From Candidatus Pacearchaeota archaeon (GTDB lineage Archaea; Nanobdellota; Nanobdellia; Pacearchaeales; UBA284), in the NCBI GenBank assembly GCA_026016245.1, contig CP061211.1:660001-692000 (forward strand): a stretch of 32,000 bases of DNA, written 5' to 3'. Of the stretch, positions 21,726 to 29,474 are shown piece after piece. The notes beneath the pieces were generated by a model. It was not told the DNA's origin and ran no database searches. It saw only the letters and a list, made by a program, of their open reading frames with translations. Both the position numbers and the translations under genes were made by a program. Position 1 is the first letter of the stretch. Each line of letters starts with the position of its first letter.

Positions 21726-21950
21726 CTACTTCTTCACATAATGCCTAAACCTATCATCTTTTGGATTAATGCACTTGATAAAGCCTTTCTTTTCCAGCTC
21801 TAAAAGAATACGACTTATTGAACTCCTATGTTTTTTCATTTCCTTTGCCAATTCTGTTGCGGTTTTTGGCTCTTTTAATCTTGACAAGACTTCTTTTCTT
21901 AACCTACCTTTCTTTAGAAATATCTCTTTTTTCCACTCTCTTTTATTCAT
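21726..21950 (-). CDS. Small winged-helix transcriptional regulator (74 aa)
   Basis: LSRLKEPKTATELAKEMKKHRSSISRILLELEKKGFIKCINPKDDRFRHYV is an HTH plus wing. Confidence 0.6.
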   Translation of the reverse strand: MNKREWKKEIFLKKGRLRKEVLSRLKEPKTATELAKEMKKHRSSISRILLELEKKGFIKCINPKDDRFRHYVKK

Positions 21951-21986
21951 AGAGAAAAAGCGTATTATTTATTTTAATATCAGAGT

Positions 21987-22003
21987 AATGTTAGCGTAAC
22001 ATT
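21987..22003. promoter_or_regulatory. Perfect 7-bp inverted repeat AATGTTA-GCG-TAACATT, candidate operator
   Basis: It lies in the 80-nt divergent spacer between the wHTH gene and the lipoprotein gene, and its right arm overlaps the TATA box at 22001-22010. Confidence 0.4.
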
Positions 22004-22010
22004 TATAAAA
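22001..22010 (+). promoter_or_regulatory. TATA box for the lipoprotein / membrane-protein pair
   Basis: ATTTATAAAA is centred ~25 nt upstream of ATG-22031. Confidence 0.45.
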
Positions 22011-22030
22011 TAAGAAAAATTAAGTTAATC

Positions 22031-22588
22031 ATGGAAACTAAATATCTATGCATAGTTTTAGTCTTGCTATTGACAATAGGTATTCTTTTTGTTTCTGGAT
22101 GTGGAAAACCGGTTTACTTTGGAAATGAGAGTAATGCATCTCAAGGTGATAACCAAAATAATCAGCAATCAGGTGATCAAGTCCAAGAAACTAAAGTTCA
22201 AACAATAGGAGATGTATATTTTCTTGCTAAAAATTGGGATAGTGATTCAGAAGTAGATGGATTAGAATTTGATTTAAATCCAAAGGACAAGGATGATTCT
22301 CTTGTAATGACTGATGGAAAAGTTTCTATAAAATTATGGAAAATAGTGCAGCAAGGATATGAAAACAAATGCTTGAAAAGAAATGAAGACCTTTTAGAGT
22401 CTTGGGATAACATTCAGGTTAAAAAAGGTGATTACAGTATTTTTGGAGTAACAGTAAGAGCAGAATACAAAAGTTATGAAATTACTGATGACAAGTATGC
22501 CCTTGGTTGTGCAGAGGTGGTCTTTACAACCCCAGATGGAAAGAATTTTACATCTTCAGAAGATACAATATTTATTAATGGATTGTAA
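22031..22588 (+). CDS. Secreted lipoprotein-like protein (185 aa)
   Basis: Signal peptide ending in a lipobox-like FVSGC|GKP, a Q/N-rich linker, then a beta-rich domain. No family recognised. Confidence 0.5.
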   Translation: METKYLCIVLVLLLTIGILFVSGCGKPVYFGNESNASQGDNQNNQQSGDQVQETKVQTIGDVYFLAKNWDSDSEVDGLEFDLNPKDKDDSLVMTDGKVSIKLWKIVQQGYENKCLKRNEDLLESWDNIQVKKGDYSIFGVTVRAEYKSYEITDDKYALGCAEVVFTTPDGKNFTSSEDTIFINGL

Positions 22589-22589
22589 A

Positions 22590-22916
22590 ATGGCAAAAAC
22601 AAGTTTTATTTTGGGTTTAATTGGAGGAATTTTGGGATTTTTTAGTGGAATTCTAGCTTTAACTATTGGTGGGGTAGGTGAAGCATTTAACCTTTTAGGA
22701 GCTGGAGAACTTACCGGATTAGGAATTGCTGCTATTATTTTTTCTATAATTGCCATAATATTCTCAGTTATATCTACAAAGAAGCCAAAATTGGGTGGTT
22801 GGATTATGATAATTTCTGGAATAGCTATTTTGATATGTATTTCATTGTTTGGATTGCTTCCTGCAGTACTTATTATAACTGGTGGAATAATGGCTTTAGT
22901 TAAAAAGAAAAAATAA
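22590..22916 (+). CDS. Gly-rich small membrane protein (108 aa, 3-4 TM helices)
   Basis: MAKTSFILGLIGGILGFFSGILALTIGG... Start placed at ATG-22590, 1 nt after the upstream stop. The tracked start 22476 would overlap the lipoprotein gene by 113 nt. Confidence 0.5.
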   Translation: MAKTSFILGLIGGILGFFSGILALTIGGVGEAFNLLGAGELTGLGIAAIIFSIIAIIFSVISTKKPKLGGWIMIISGIAILICISLFGLLPAVLIITGGIMALVKKKK

Positions 22917-22946
22917 TTTTTAGAAAGCTTTTTAAGAAATAAGAAA

Positions 22947-23261
22947 TCATTTACTTTTTATTTTTTTATAATAACCTTTATTTTTTAATTCTTCGTAAAG
23001 TTCTTTTCCTTTCAGTGTTAAGATATAAGAATCAAAAGTTCCATTTTCAGTAGGAATCATAGTTCCTGAAGCTTTTTTCTCTACCAAACCTATTTTTTGT
23101 AATAATTTTAGAGACAAAATATTATTGCTAATGATATAATAATCATTTCCTAAATAATCTTTACTTGAAAAAATTTCTTTTAGATATAATGCAATTGTTT
23201 CAAATATAAAATTCTTATTTATTTTTCCTATTTCTTTCTTGATATCTTGTTCTAGTCCCAT
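22947..23261 (-). CDS. Hypothetical protein (104 aa), possible wHTH-like C-terminus
   Basis: LLQKIGLVEKK...YILTLKGKELYEEL resembles a recognition helix plus wing. The start sits in a GGGAAAATG context 25 nt downstream of tRNA-Asp. Confidence 0.4.
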   Translation of the reverse strand: MGLEQDIKKEIGKINKNFIFETIALYLKEIFSSKDYLGNDYYIISNNILSLKLLQKIGLVEKKASGTMIPTENGTFDSYILTLKGKELYEELKNKGYYKKIKSK

Positions 23262-23286
23262 TTTCCCTTAACCTAAAATCATGAAG

Positions 23287-23358
23287 CGCCCCCGCCGAGA
23301 ATCGAACTCGGGTCGGAGCCTCGACAGGGCTCTATGCTAACCTCTACACCACGAGGGC
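23287..23358 (-). tRNA. tRNA-Asp (anticodon GUC), 72 nt
   Basis: Acceptor GCCCTCG/CGGGGGC (one G-U pair), D stem GTGT/GCAT, anticodon stem GAGCC/GGCTC with loop CTGTCGA, T arm CCGAG-TTCGATT-CTCGG, discriminator G. Confidence 0.9.
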
Positions 23359-23380
23359 ATAATTAATAGGGAAGTCAGGA

Positions 23381-23390
23381 ATTTTTAAAG
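23381..23390 (-). promoter_or_regulatory. TATA box for tRNA-Asp
   Basis: The minus strand reads AAGCTTTAAAAATTCC, centred ~27 nt upstream of the tRNA 5' end (23358). Confidence 0.5.
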
Positions 23391-23406
23391 CTTTCTCATC
23401 GCTATC

Positions 23407-23622
23407 TTACTTCCTTCTTTTCTTGTTCTTTTTGTGGAAAGGTTTGAAATGATCTACAATTAATTCACTTATAACAGCAAAAGGTAATGATACTAATGCT
23501 ATAATTCCTACAATATGCCAAGTTATTGTTGCTCCTGTTGCTAGTCCTATTGCTATAAGATCTTCGATTATTCCTAAACCCATACCAACAATAAAAAATT
23601 CTAATAAGCGTCCTAATTTCAT
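23407..23622 (-). CDS. Small membrane protein (71 aa, two TM helices), last gene of the thiol/Fe-S array
   Basis: 4-nt ATGA overlap with the TrxR-like gene. FIVGMGLGIIEDLIAIGLATG...IIALVSLPFAVISELIV, with tail HKKNKKRRK. Confidence 0.5.
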   Translation of the reverse strand: MKLGRLLEFFIVGMGLGIIEDLIAIGLATGATITWHIVGIIALVSLPFAVISELIVDHFKPFHKKNKKRRK

Positions 23623-24569
23623 TTTCTTTTTTTTATTTCTTGAATATAATCTTGGGCTGATATTGCGGCTGTGGCGCCTTGAGCTGCTGCAGTTAGGATT
23701 TGTTTTAATTTTCTGTTTGTTATGTCACCTGCAGCAAATATTCCTTTAATGTTTGTTTTCATTTCTTCATCTACAACAATAAAACCACCCCCATCTAATT
23801 TTATATCTAATTGTTTTACAAGTTCTGTTGAGGGAGTCATACCTATTTCAATTATTATGCCCTGAATTGGGAGCTCTTTTTTCTGTCCAGTTTCTTTGAA
23901 TTCCTTATCCTGCCATTCAACTTCTTCTATTTCTATTGCATTGACAAATTCTTTTCCCTTGATTTCATTGACTTTATGACTGCTTAAAATTTCAAGCTTT
24001 TCTTTACCTTCTTTTTTTAACTGCTCTAATCTGAATGCTTTTGCTCGAGGTTTCTTTTCTATATCTATCATATAAATCTTGTTAGCATATTTTAACATTA
24101 ATAATGCTGCAATTACTGCTGAATCTCCTCCTCCAATTATTGCTACATCTTTGTCCTTAAAAAAAGGAGCATCACATAATACACAATAGGTAATCCCCTT
24201 TCCCTTAAACTCTTGTTCTCCTTTAATGCCTAGCTCTCTCCTTTTGCTGCCTAAAGCAAGAATTAGTGTTTTTCCCAAGTAAGTGTCTTTATTTGTTTTT
24301 ATTACAAATTCATTTTCTACTTCTTTAATTTCTAATATTTCTTCCTCTATTTTGATGTCTATGGCTTGAACTTGCTCATACATCTTTTTTGCCAAATCCA
24401 TGCCAGAAATTTCCTTAAATCCAGGATAGTTTTCTATTAAAGGAGTTTCAACTACATAGCCTCCTACTTGTTTTCCTACAAGAAGAGTATTGAGTTTTGA
24501 TCTTTCTGCATATAAGGCTGCTGCAAGTCCTGCTGGTCCTATGCCCAAAATAATTAAGTCATATATCAT
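23619..24569 (-). CDS. trxB: Thioredoxin-reductase-like FAD-dependent disulfide oxidoreductase (low-Mr TrxR fold) lacking the NADPH HRR motif
   Basis: FAD motif YDLIILGIGPAGLAAALYA, redox CxxC in YCVLCDAPFF, second dinucleotide motif VAIIGGGDSAV, C-terminal IFAAGDI. The position of E. coli LIHRRDGFRA reads MIDIEKKPRA. Confidence 0.8.
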   Translation of the reverse strand: MIYDLIILGIGPAGLAAALYAERSKLNTLLVGKQVGGYVVETPLIENYPGFKEISGMDLAKKMYEQVQAIDIKIEEEILEIKEVENEFVIKTNKDTYLGKTLILALGSKRRELGIKGEQEFKGKGITYCVLCDAPFFKDKDVAIIGGGDSAVIAALLMLKYANKIYMIDIEKKPRAKAFRLEQLKKEGKEKLEILSSHKVNEIKGKEFVNAIEIEEVEWQDKEFKETGQKKELPIQGIIIEIGMTPSTELVKQLDIKLDGGGFIVVDEEMKTNIKGIFAAGDITNRKLKQILTAAAQGATAAISAQDYIQEIKKRK

Positions 24570-24582
24570 TTTTTATATTTTA

Positions 24583-25284
24583 TTAGTAAACCCAGCCAAA
24601 TAATAAAGCTATACCAATTAACACAAGCAAGATACCAGCAATAAGATGCAATAATCTTAGATTCTTCTCACGCCATCCATAAACAGCGTCAATAGTTGAA
24701 AAGCCAAAATAAATTATTAAGGTTATTGCTATCATTGGCAAGACAAAAATCAAATTATAAACCAAAAGCATGGGGACTATTTCCAGAAGCGTTATAGGTT
24801 CGAGAATTCCACAACATATTATGTAAGGGCCCATAGTACATGGAGTGAGGAATAAAGAACAGAAAATACCAATAATAATAGCTCCCTTTACTGAAGTAAT
24901 TCTTGAAATGAGATCTTTCATTCTTGGACGCCATTTTCTTGGCACCTCAGTAACAAAACCTCCTGCTCCATAAGAGAAGAAATCTTTTATGTTAAATCCT
25001 CCTAATACAATGCCAACAATACCTAGAGTACGGTAAAGCCATATTTTAAACACAGCAAGTTGGGTTAATGCTTTGAAAAAATTAATTAGGATAAGACCAT
25101 AAAAAAAATACATTACAAAGATAGCAGCTGTAAAAGCAAATCCTATTTGTAAAACTTTTTTTCTTTGTCTTGGAAATCTTGTAAGTATGGCTATGAGCGC
25201 AAGAGTTAGGACTGCTAGCTCACAAGGATTCACAGCATCAGCTGCAGCAAGTCCTAATAATGTTGCCCAAGTTAGATCTACCAT
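24583..25284 (-). CDS. ccdA: CcdA/DsbD-family transmembrane thiol:disulfide electron transporter
   Basis: Polytopic protein with the two membrane-embedded Pro-Cys motifs DAVNPCELAVL and FLTPCTMGPY. Confidence 0.75.
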   Translation of the reverse strand: MVDLTWATLLGLAAADAVNPCELAVLTLALIAILTRFPRQRKKVLQIGFAFTAAIFVMYFFYGLILINFFKALTQLAVFKIWLYRTLGIVGIVLGGFNIKDFFSYGAGGFVTEVPRKWRPRMKDLISRITSVKGAIIIGIFCSLFLTPCTMGPYIICCGILEPITLLEIVPMLLVYNLIFVLPMIAITLIIYFGFSTIDAVYGWREKNLRLLHLIAGILLVLIGIALLFGWVY

Positions 25285-25285
25285 T

Positions 25286-25690
25286 TTATTCAGCTAAAAT
25301 TGCCTCTTTATATTGCTCTTTACTTCTGACACCAACATAAACTTTACAATTTATAATTATTGTTGGTATAGCTTCAGGAATTAACCCTAAACTTAATATT
25401 CTTTCTTTATCAGCATCTATAGCAAGATCATAATAACCAAATTCCATTTCTAGTTCTTGTTCCAATTCTTGTAATCTTGGAATAGCTATTGCGCAAGCCC
25501 CACAGCCTGCTCCATGAATTGTAATGACTTTTTCCAATTGTGAACATTTTTCTGAAGGAATGATCATACCATCCTTTAATAAAATATCTTCTGTGTTTTG
25601 ATTGGAAAATTTAGGGATAAGTATTAGAATAACAATTATCAAAACTGCGATAATTAATGCTACTATGCCCAAAAAAAGTTTTTTATTCAT
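25286..25690 (-). CDS. Membrane-anchored thioredoxin-fold protein (CGAC active site), predicted extracytoplasmic
   Basis: N-terminal TM anchor LFLGIVALIIAVLIIVILILIP, then HGAGCGACAIAIP (CxxC) and the cis-Pro element EAIPTIII. Confidence 0.65.
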   Translation of the reverse strand: MNKKLFLGIVALIIAVLIIVILILIPKFSNQNTEDILLKDGMIIPSEKCSQLEKVITIHGAGCGACAIAIPRLQELEQELEMEFGYYDLAIDADKERILSLGLIPEAIPTIIINCKVYVGVRSKEQYKEAILAE

Positions 25691-25691
25691 T

Positions 25692-25928
25692 TTATTCTTT
25701 TATCTTGAGCAGTTGTTTCAATTTATTTATATCAAAACCTACAATAAATCGGCCATCTATCTCTGTTACTGGAACTCCCATCTGCCCAGTTTTTTCAACC
25801 ATCTTTTTTGCTGAGTCTAGATCAATACTTACATCAATTTCTTCAAATTCAATATTTTTTTCTTTTAGCCAATCTTTTAATTTACCGCACCAAGGACATA
25901 TCGGCGTTGAATAAACTTTTACTTTCAT
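25692..25928 (-). CDS. Glutaredoxin / NrdH-like small redoxin (CPWC)
   Basis: MKVKVYSTPICPWCGKLKDWLKEKNIEFEEIDVS...GQMGVPVTEIDGRFIVGFD. Confidence 0.85.
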   Translation of the reverse strand: MKVKVYSTPICPWCGKLKDWLKEKNIEFEEIDVSIDLDSAKKMVEKTGQMGVPVTEIDGRFIVGFDINKLKQLLKIKE

Positions 25929-25931
25929 TTT

Positions 25932-26846
25932 TCAAAGGCATATTTTTGATTTTAATTTCATTAGTGCTCTTAACTCTTTCATCGTGTTTTTCAGCGAAGG
26001 AAGTTCTTCTGATTTCTCAAGCAAAGACTCCTTAATTTTCCATAAAACCCAAGTTATCATTAGAATAAGAAGTGCTTTTTTCTCCTCATTGTTTAATCTT
26101 ATACGTTTTTGATATATCTCAAGATATCTGGAAGCTTTTTTTGTATCAAATTTTTTTGTTATGCACAAACTTAAAAGTGCCTTGGAAAGGTCATAAGCAA
26201 CATATCCATATGCTAAATCATCAAAATCAATTATCCCTATTCTTTTATTGAAGATGATAGCATTCTCTTTTTGTATATCATTGTGCACTATTTGTTTTTT
26301 AAGTTTGACCCAATTGATTTTTTTGTATTCAAACTTGACAAAATTATAGGCTTGCAAAGTTAATTTATGGTTTATCTGCTTATGTCTTCTTATTTTATTT
26401 AGTTCTTCTTTGCTTAGAAAGATTCTTGGATTATCGAATTTGCTTATTGGCTTTATTTTCTTGAGGTTTTTTGTTAATCCGCTATGTGAATCAGCTATTA
26501 ATTCTATTTCCCTCAAATTTGGAAACCTTTTCTTGAATGTTCTTCCAGGTATATATTCAAGAAGAGCAGTTCTTCTTGGTTTAGTTGGGTTTATTAGTTC
26601 TTTCTTCTTTGTTCTTGTTGGCCTTGGAACTGATTCTACTGAAAGTTTTTCAAGAACTTTAAAGATATCGTCTTTCTTCATTTTTGGGATCCCAATATTC
26701 CAACCTTCTTTTATTCTTCTAAAAACATATTTCTTATCACCATCATAAATTAAATAAGATTCATTTTCAACTCCTTCAGTAAATCTTTTAATTATTTTTG
26801 GATTTTTTAGCTTCCAGGCAGATAGCTCTTTTTTAGTTGGTTTCAT
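25932..26846 (-). CDS. Aminoglycoside-phosphotransferase/choline-kinase-fold small-molecule kinase (APH family)
   Basis: Catalytic loop [12 protein letters not shown] (HxDxxxxN) and metal-binding [12 protein letters not shown] (DFD). Confidence 0.65.
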   Translation of the reverse strand: MKPTKKELSAWKLKNPKIIKRFTEGVENESYLIYDGDKKYVFRRIKEGWNIGIPKMKKDDIFKVLEKLSVESVPRPTRTKKKELINPTKPRRTALLEYIPGRTFKKRFPNLREIELIADSHSGLTKNLKKIKPISKFDNPRIFLSKEELNKIRRHKQINHKLTLQAYNFVKFEYKKINWVKLKKQIVHNDIQKENAIIFNKRIGIIDFDDLAYGYVAYDLSKALLSLCITKKFDTKKASRYLEIYQKRIRLNNEEKKALLILMITWVLWKIKESLLEKSEELPSLKNTMKELRALMKLKSKICL

Positions 26847-27040
26847 TTTATATCCTTACAAAAATTTTTAAAACTTCTATCATAAGTGGCTTCAGCTTCT
26901 TTTGAAAAACAGCAAGCTGGAAGTTCATTTCTTGATAAATGATAGGCTATACATTCACAACATATTCCTTTTTTATCACAATCATAAGTGCAAGGACATT
27001 TTTTTAAATTTTTTTCTCTGTTAATACAATCTTTGGTCAT
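26843..27040 (-). CDS. Cys-rich small protein (65 aa), DUF6485-like
   Basis: [45 protein letters not shown] has nine Cys; the pattern matches my memory of the DUF6485 family. Confidence 0.5.
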   Translation of the reverse strand: MTKDCINREKNLKKCPCTYDCDKKGICCECIAYHLSRNELPACCFSKEAEATYDRSFKNFCKDIK

Positions 27041-27041
27041 T

Positions 27042-28025
27042 TTATATTCTTAATTTTTCTACTTTTTCTTTATTAATTGGAAAAATTTCTATTGATTTAT
27101 TAAGTTTTCTCTTTCCATACCTCACAATGCATTTTTTCTCATGTTTTGCATCTGAATGTGGTGCTGTAAGGGCTGCAGCTAATTGTATACTTCTTTTATT
27201 TACTTTTCCTTCTAGTAATGTTATAGGACTTGGCCAATCTTTTACTTCAAATATCAGGTTTTTTGCTAGCTTCATTAGTTTTTTATTCTCTTGTTCATTT
27301 CTTCCAATGATTATTTTATTTTTCTTATAACGAAAATGTCTTCCTATCTTTAGTAATTCAATATCTCTTGGCTCAATTTTCTTTTTATGCTTGAATAGAT
27401 CTATAAGTTTAGATGCAAAAACCTTCTCACATAACAGACAGCCTCCTGCTGGTGTTGGATATGAAATTTTGTATTTTTTTGCAAGAACTATCTGTTGTAT
27501 TCTTCTTCTACCTTCTATGGCTAATAATTTATTTCTATCAACAAATTTTTTCTTTTCAGCTTCTGTTTTAGGTAATAATTTTGCTGAAAGCGGCCTGAGA
27601 ATTTTTCCTTTCAAGCCAGCCTCTTTTTCTATTAACATTAAAGCATGTTTTGTCTGGCTCATTGGCCTTTCATTAAGAACTTCCCCTGTTACTATAAATG
27701 CTGCTTTTTCCTTCTTCATGACTTGTTTTGCTTTTTTAAACATGAAAATTTTACAATCAATACATGGATTAACAGCTGAGCCATAACCATGTCTAGGTCT
27801 TTTTATCATTTTAATATATTCTTGAAAATCCTTCCCTTTATTTAGGTCTACTCTTATTAATTTAGTTTTTAATTGTCTTGTTGCTTCTAATGCTTTTTTT
27901 TCAGAAAAGAATGAAGATGAGAAATTTATTGTTATAACTTCTATTTTTTGATCTTGCAGAAGTTTTACAGCTAGAATTGAATCCAAACCACCGGATAAGA
28001 GAGCAATAGCCTTAGCCTTAATCAT
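27042..28025 (-). CDS. PP-loop ATPase, ThiI/MnmA-like tRNA sulfurtransferase without a THUMP domain, four conserved-looking Cys
   Basis: PP-loop [26 protein letters not shown]...[15 protein letters not shown] (ThiI-like NPC..C...TGE.LGQ..SQ) and a second pair GGCLLCE. The start sits in a GGGAAAATG context overlapping the IscU stop. Confidence 0.65.
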   Translation of the reverse strand: MIKAKAIALLSGGLDSILAVKLLQDQKIEVITINFSSSFFSEKKALEATRQLKTKLIRVDLNKGKDFQEYIKMIKRPRHGYGSAVNPCIDCKIFMFKKAKQVMKKEKAAFIVTGEVLNERPMSQTKHALMLIEKEAGLKGKILRPLSAKLLPKTEAEKKKFVDRNKLLAIEGRRRIQQIVLAKKYKISYPTPAGGCLLCEKVFASKLIDLFKHKKKIEPRDIELLKIGRHFRYKKNKIIIGRNEQENKKLMKLAKNLIFEVKDWPSPITLLEGKVNKRSIQLAAALTAPHSDAKHEKKCIVRYGKRKLNKSIEIFPINKEKVEKLRI

Positions 28026-28435
28026 TTTCCCTTTTTCTTACTTTTCTTTTGATAGTTTTTAATTGCAAGATGTAGGGCATCAGCAGCAAGATTCGAACAA
28101 TGCATCTTTATTGGTGGCAATCCTTTCAAGGCAGAAGCAATATCATTTCTTGTTATTTTTTTTGCTTGCTCCAGAGTTTTTCCTTTAGCTAGTTCAGTTA
28201 TCATTGAAGAACTGGCTATTGCAGCAGCACATCCTAAAGTCTTGAATTTTATTTGTTTGATGTAATCTACCTGCTTATCTTTCACTTTTTTCTTGCTGAC
28301 TTTGATATAAACCCACATTATATCCCCACATATAGGATTTCCAATCTTTCCCATACTATCAGGGCTCTTTATCTTACCAACATTTTTTGGGTGCATAAAG
28401 TGCTGTATTACTTTTTTGCTATAGTGGTATGGCAT
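28022..28435 (-). CDS. iscU: IscU/NifU-type Fe-S cluster scaffold
   Basis: YSKKVIQHFMHPKNVG, GNPICGD, FKTLGCAAAIASSS, KMHCSNLAADAL supply the three scaffold Cys. Start taken at MPYHYSKKV (28435); the tracked alternative is 28453. Confidence 0.85.
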   Translation of the reverse strand: MPYHYSKKVIQHFMHPKNVGKIKSPDSMGKIGNPICGDIMWVYIKVSKKKVKDKQVDYIKQIKFKTLGCAAAIASSSMITELAKGKTLEQAKKITRNDIASALKGLPPIKMHCSNLAADALHLAIKNYQKKSKKKGK

Positions 28436-28634
28436 TTTCTTTGTTTGGATCATATCCTAAGCATTTAGTTTTAAATCCATTACATTCTCCACAGAGATAG
28501 ATATAATTGATTAAGGAACTTCTGTAATCATCTATTCTTCTTTCTGCTTCTTTAGATTTTTTAAGGAGCATCTTATAATTACAGATCTTTATACCTTCTT
28601 CATTCTCATCTTCAACTTCTTCATCTAATGGCAT
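28419..28634 (-). CDS. Possible small acidic/Cys protein (71 aa)
   Basis: It overlaps the HAD stop by 14 nt and the IscU start by 17-35 nt. It contains C-x(29)-CGEC-x7-C. No family recognised, so it could be non-coding. Confidence 0.3.
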   Translation of the reverse strand: MPLDEEVEDENEEGIKICNYKMLLKKSKEAERRIDDYRSSLINYIYLCGECNGFKTKCLGYDPNKENAIPL

Positions 28635-29250
28635 TTTTCAGACAAGTTAGATCTTTTATTATAAATTTTTGTTTTCTTTTTTTGAATATTGCTTTATCCC
28701 AAGAGCAAGCTAGAACAATTATAATTTTACAACCAACTTTTCTTGCTGTTTTTACATCACTTTTTTTATCAGCAACATAAATAATTTCTTTTTTCTTTAC
28801 TTTGTATTTTTTGGCAATATATCTAATGGCTTCTTTTTTTGTTTTAAAATTTTCAGCACAGAAAATTCTGTTGAAGAATTTGTCTAGTTTATTTCTTTTT
28901 AAGAATAAAGTGGTATATTTTCTTGCAGAATTTGTTAGAAGTACAATCTTAACTTTTTCTTTTTTTAATCTTTTAAGGGTTTGTTTGACATAAGGGCATA
29001 ATTTTAATTTTTTTGTTTCTTTTACAATCCATTCATTGATTTCTTTCTTTAATTTATCTACAATTTTTGGATCAAATTTTGCAATATTTTTGAGAGTAAA
29101 CTCAACTTTTGGTCCTAAGGATTTAGCAATATGACTTTTTGGAAAAATAAGATAATTCTTAAGTAGAGAACCGTGAATTGTTTCTATGTAAAGTTTTTTT
29201 GAATCAACAAGAGTCCCATCAAGATCAAAAATAATTAATTTTGTTTTCAT
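28621..29250 (-). CDS. HAD-superfamily phosphatase (subfamily IA-like)
   Basis: Motif I IIFDLDGTLVDS, motif II LLTNS, motif III/IV K...YVADKKSD. Confidence 0.7.
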   Translation of the reverse strand: MKTKLIIFDLDGTLVDSKKLYIETIHGSLLKNYLIFPKSHIAKSLGPKVEFTLKNIAKFDPKIVDKLKKEINEWIVKETKKLKLCPYVKQTLKRLKKEKVKIVLLTNSARKYTTLFLKRNKLDKFFNRIFCAENFKTKKEAIRYIAKKYKVKKKEIIYVADKKSDVKTARKVGCKIIIVLACSWDKAIFKKRKQKFIIKDLTCLKNAIR

Positions 29251-29474
29251 TTTTTCTTTTTTAATTTTTTATTTAACTCTTCGATTAATTTTTTTGTGCT
29301 GATGCCATGGACTTTTGCTCCTTGTTCTATTGTTTCTTGCATTGCAAAAGGACATCCAACACACATCATTCCATGTTTAAAGAAAATCTCTGCTGATTCA
29401 GGATACTTTTCTAAGACCTTAGCAAAAGTCATATCTGTTGTTATTCTTTCTTTTTGTTTTATTTGTTTTTTCAT
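29247..29474 (-). CDS. DUF1858 / hybrid-cluster-protein-associated redox disulfide domain protein (75 aa)
   Basis: MTFAKVLEKYPESAEIFFKHGMMCVGCPFAMQETIEQGAKVHGISTKKLIEELN. Confidence 0.7.
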   Translation of the reverse strand: MKKQIKQKERITTDMTFAKVLEKYPESAEIFFKHGMMCVGCPFAMQETIEQGAKVHGISTKKLIEELNKKLKKKK

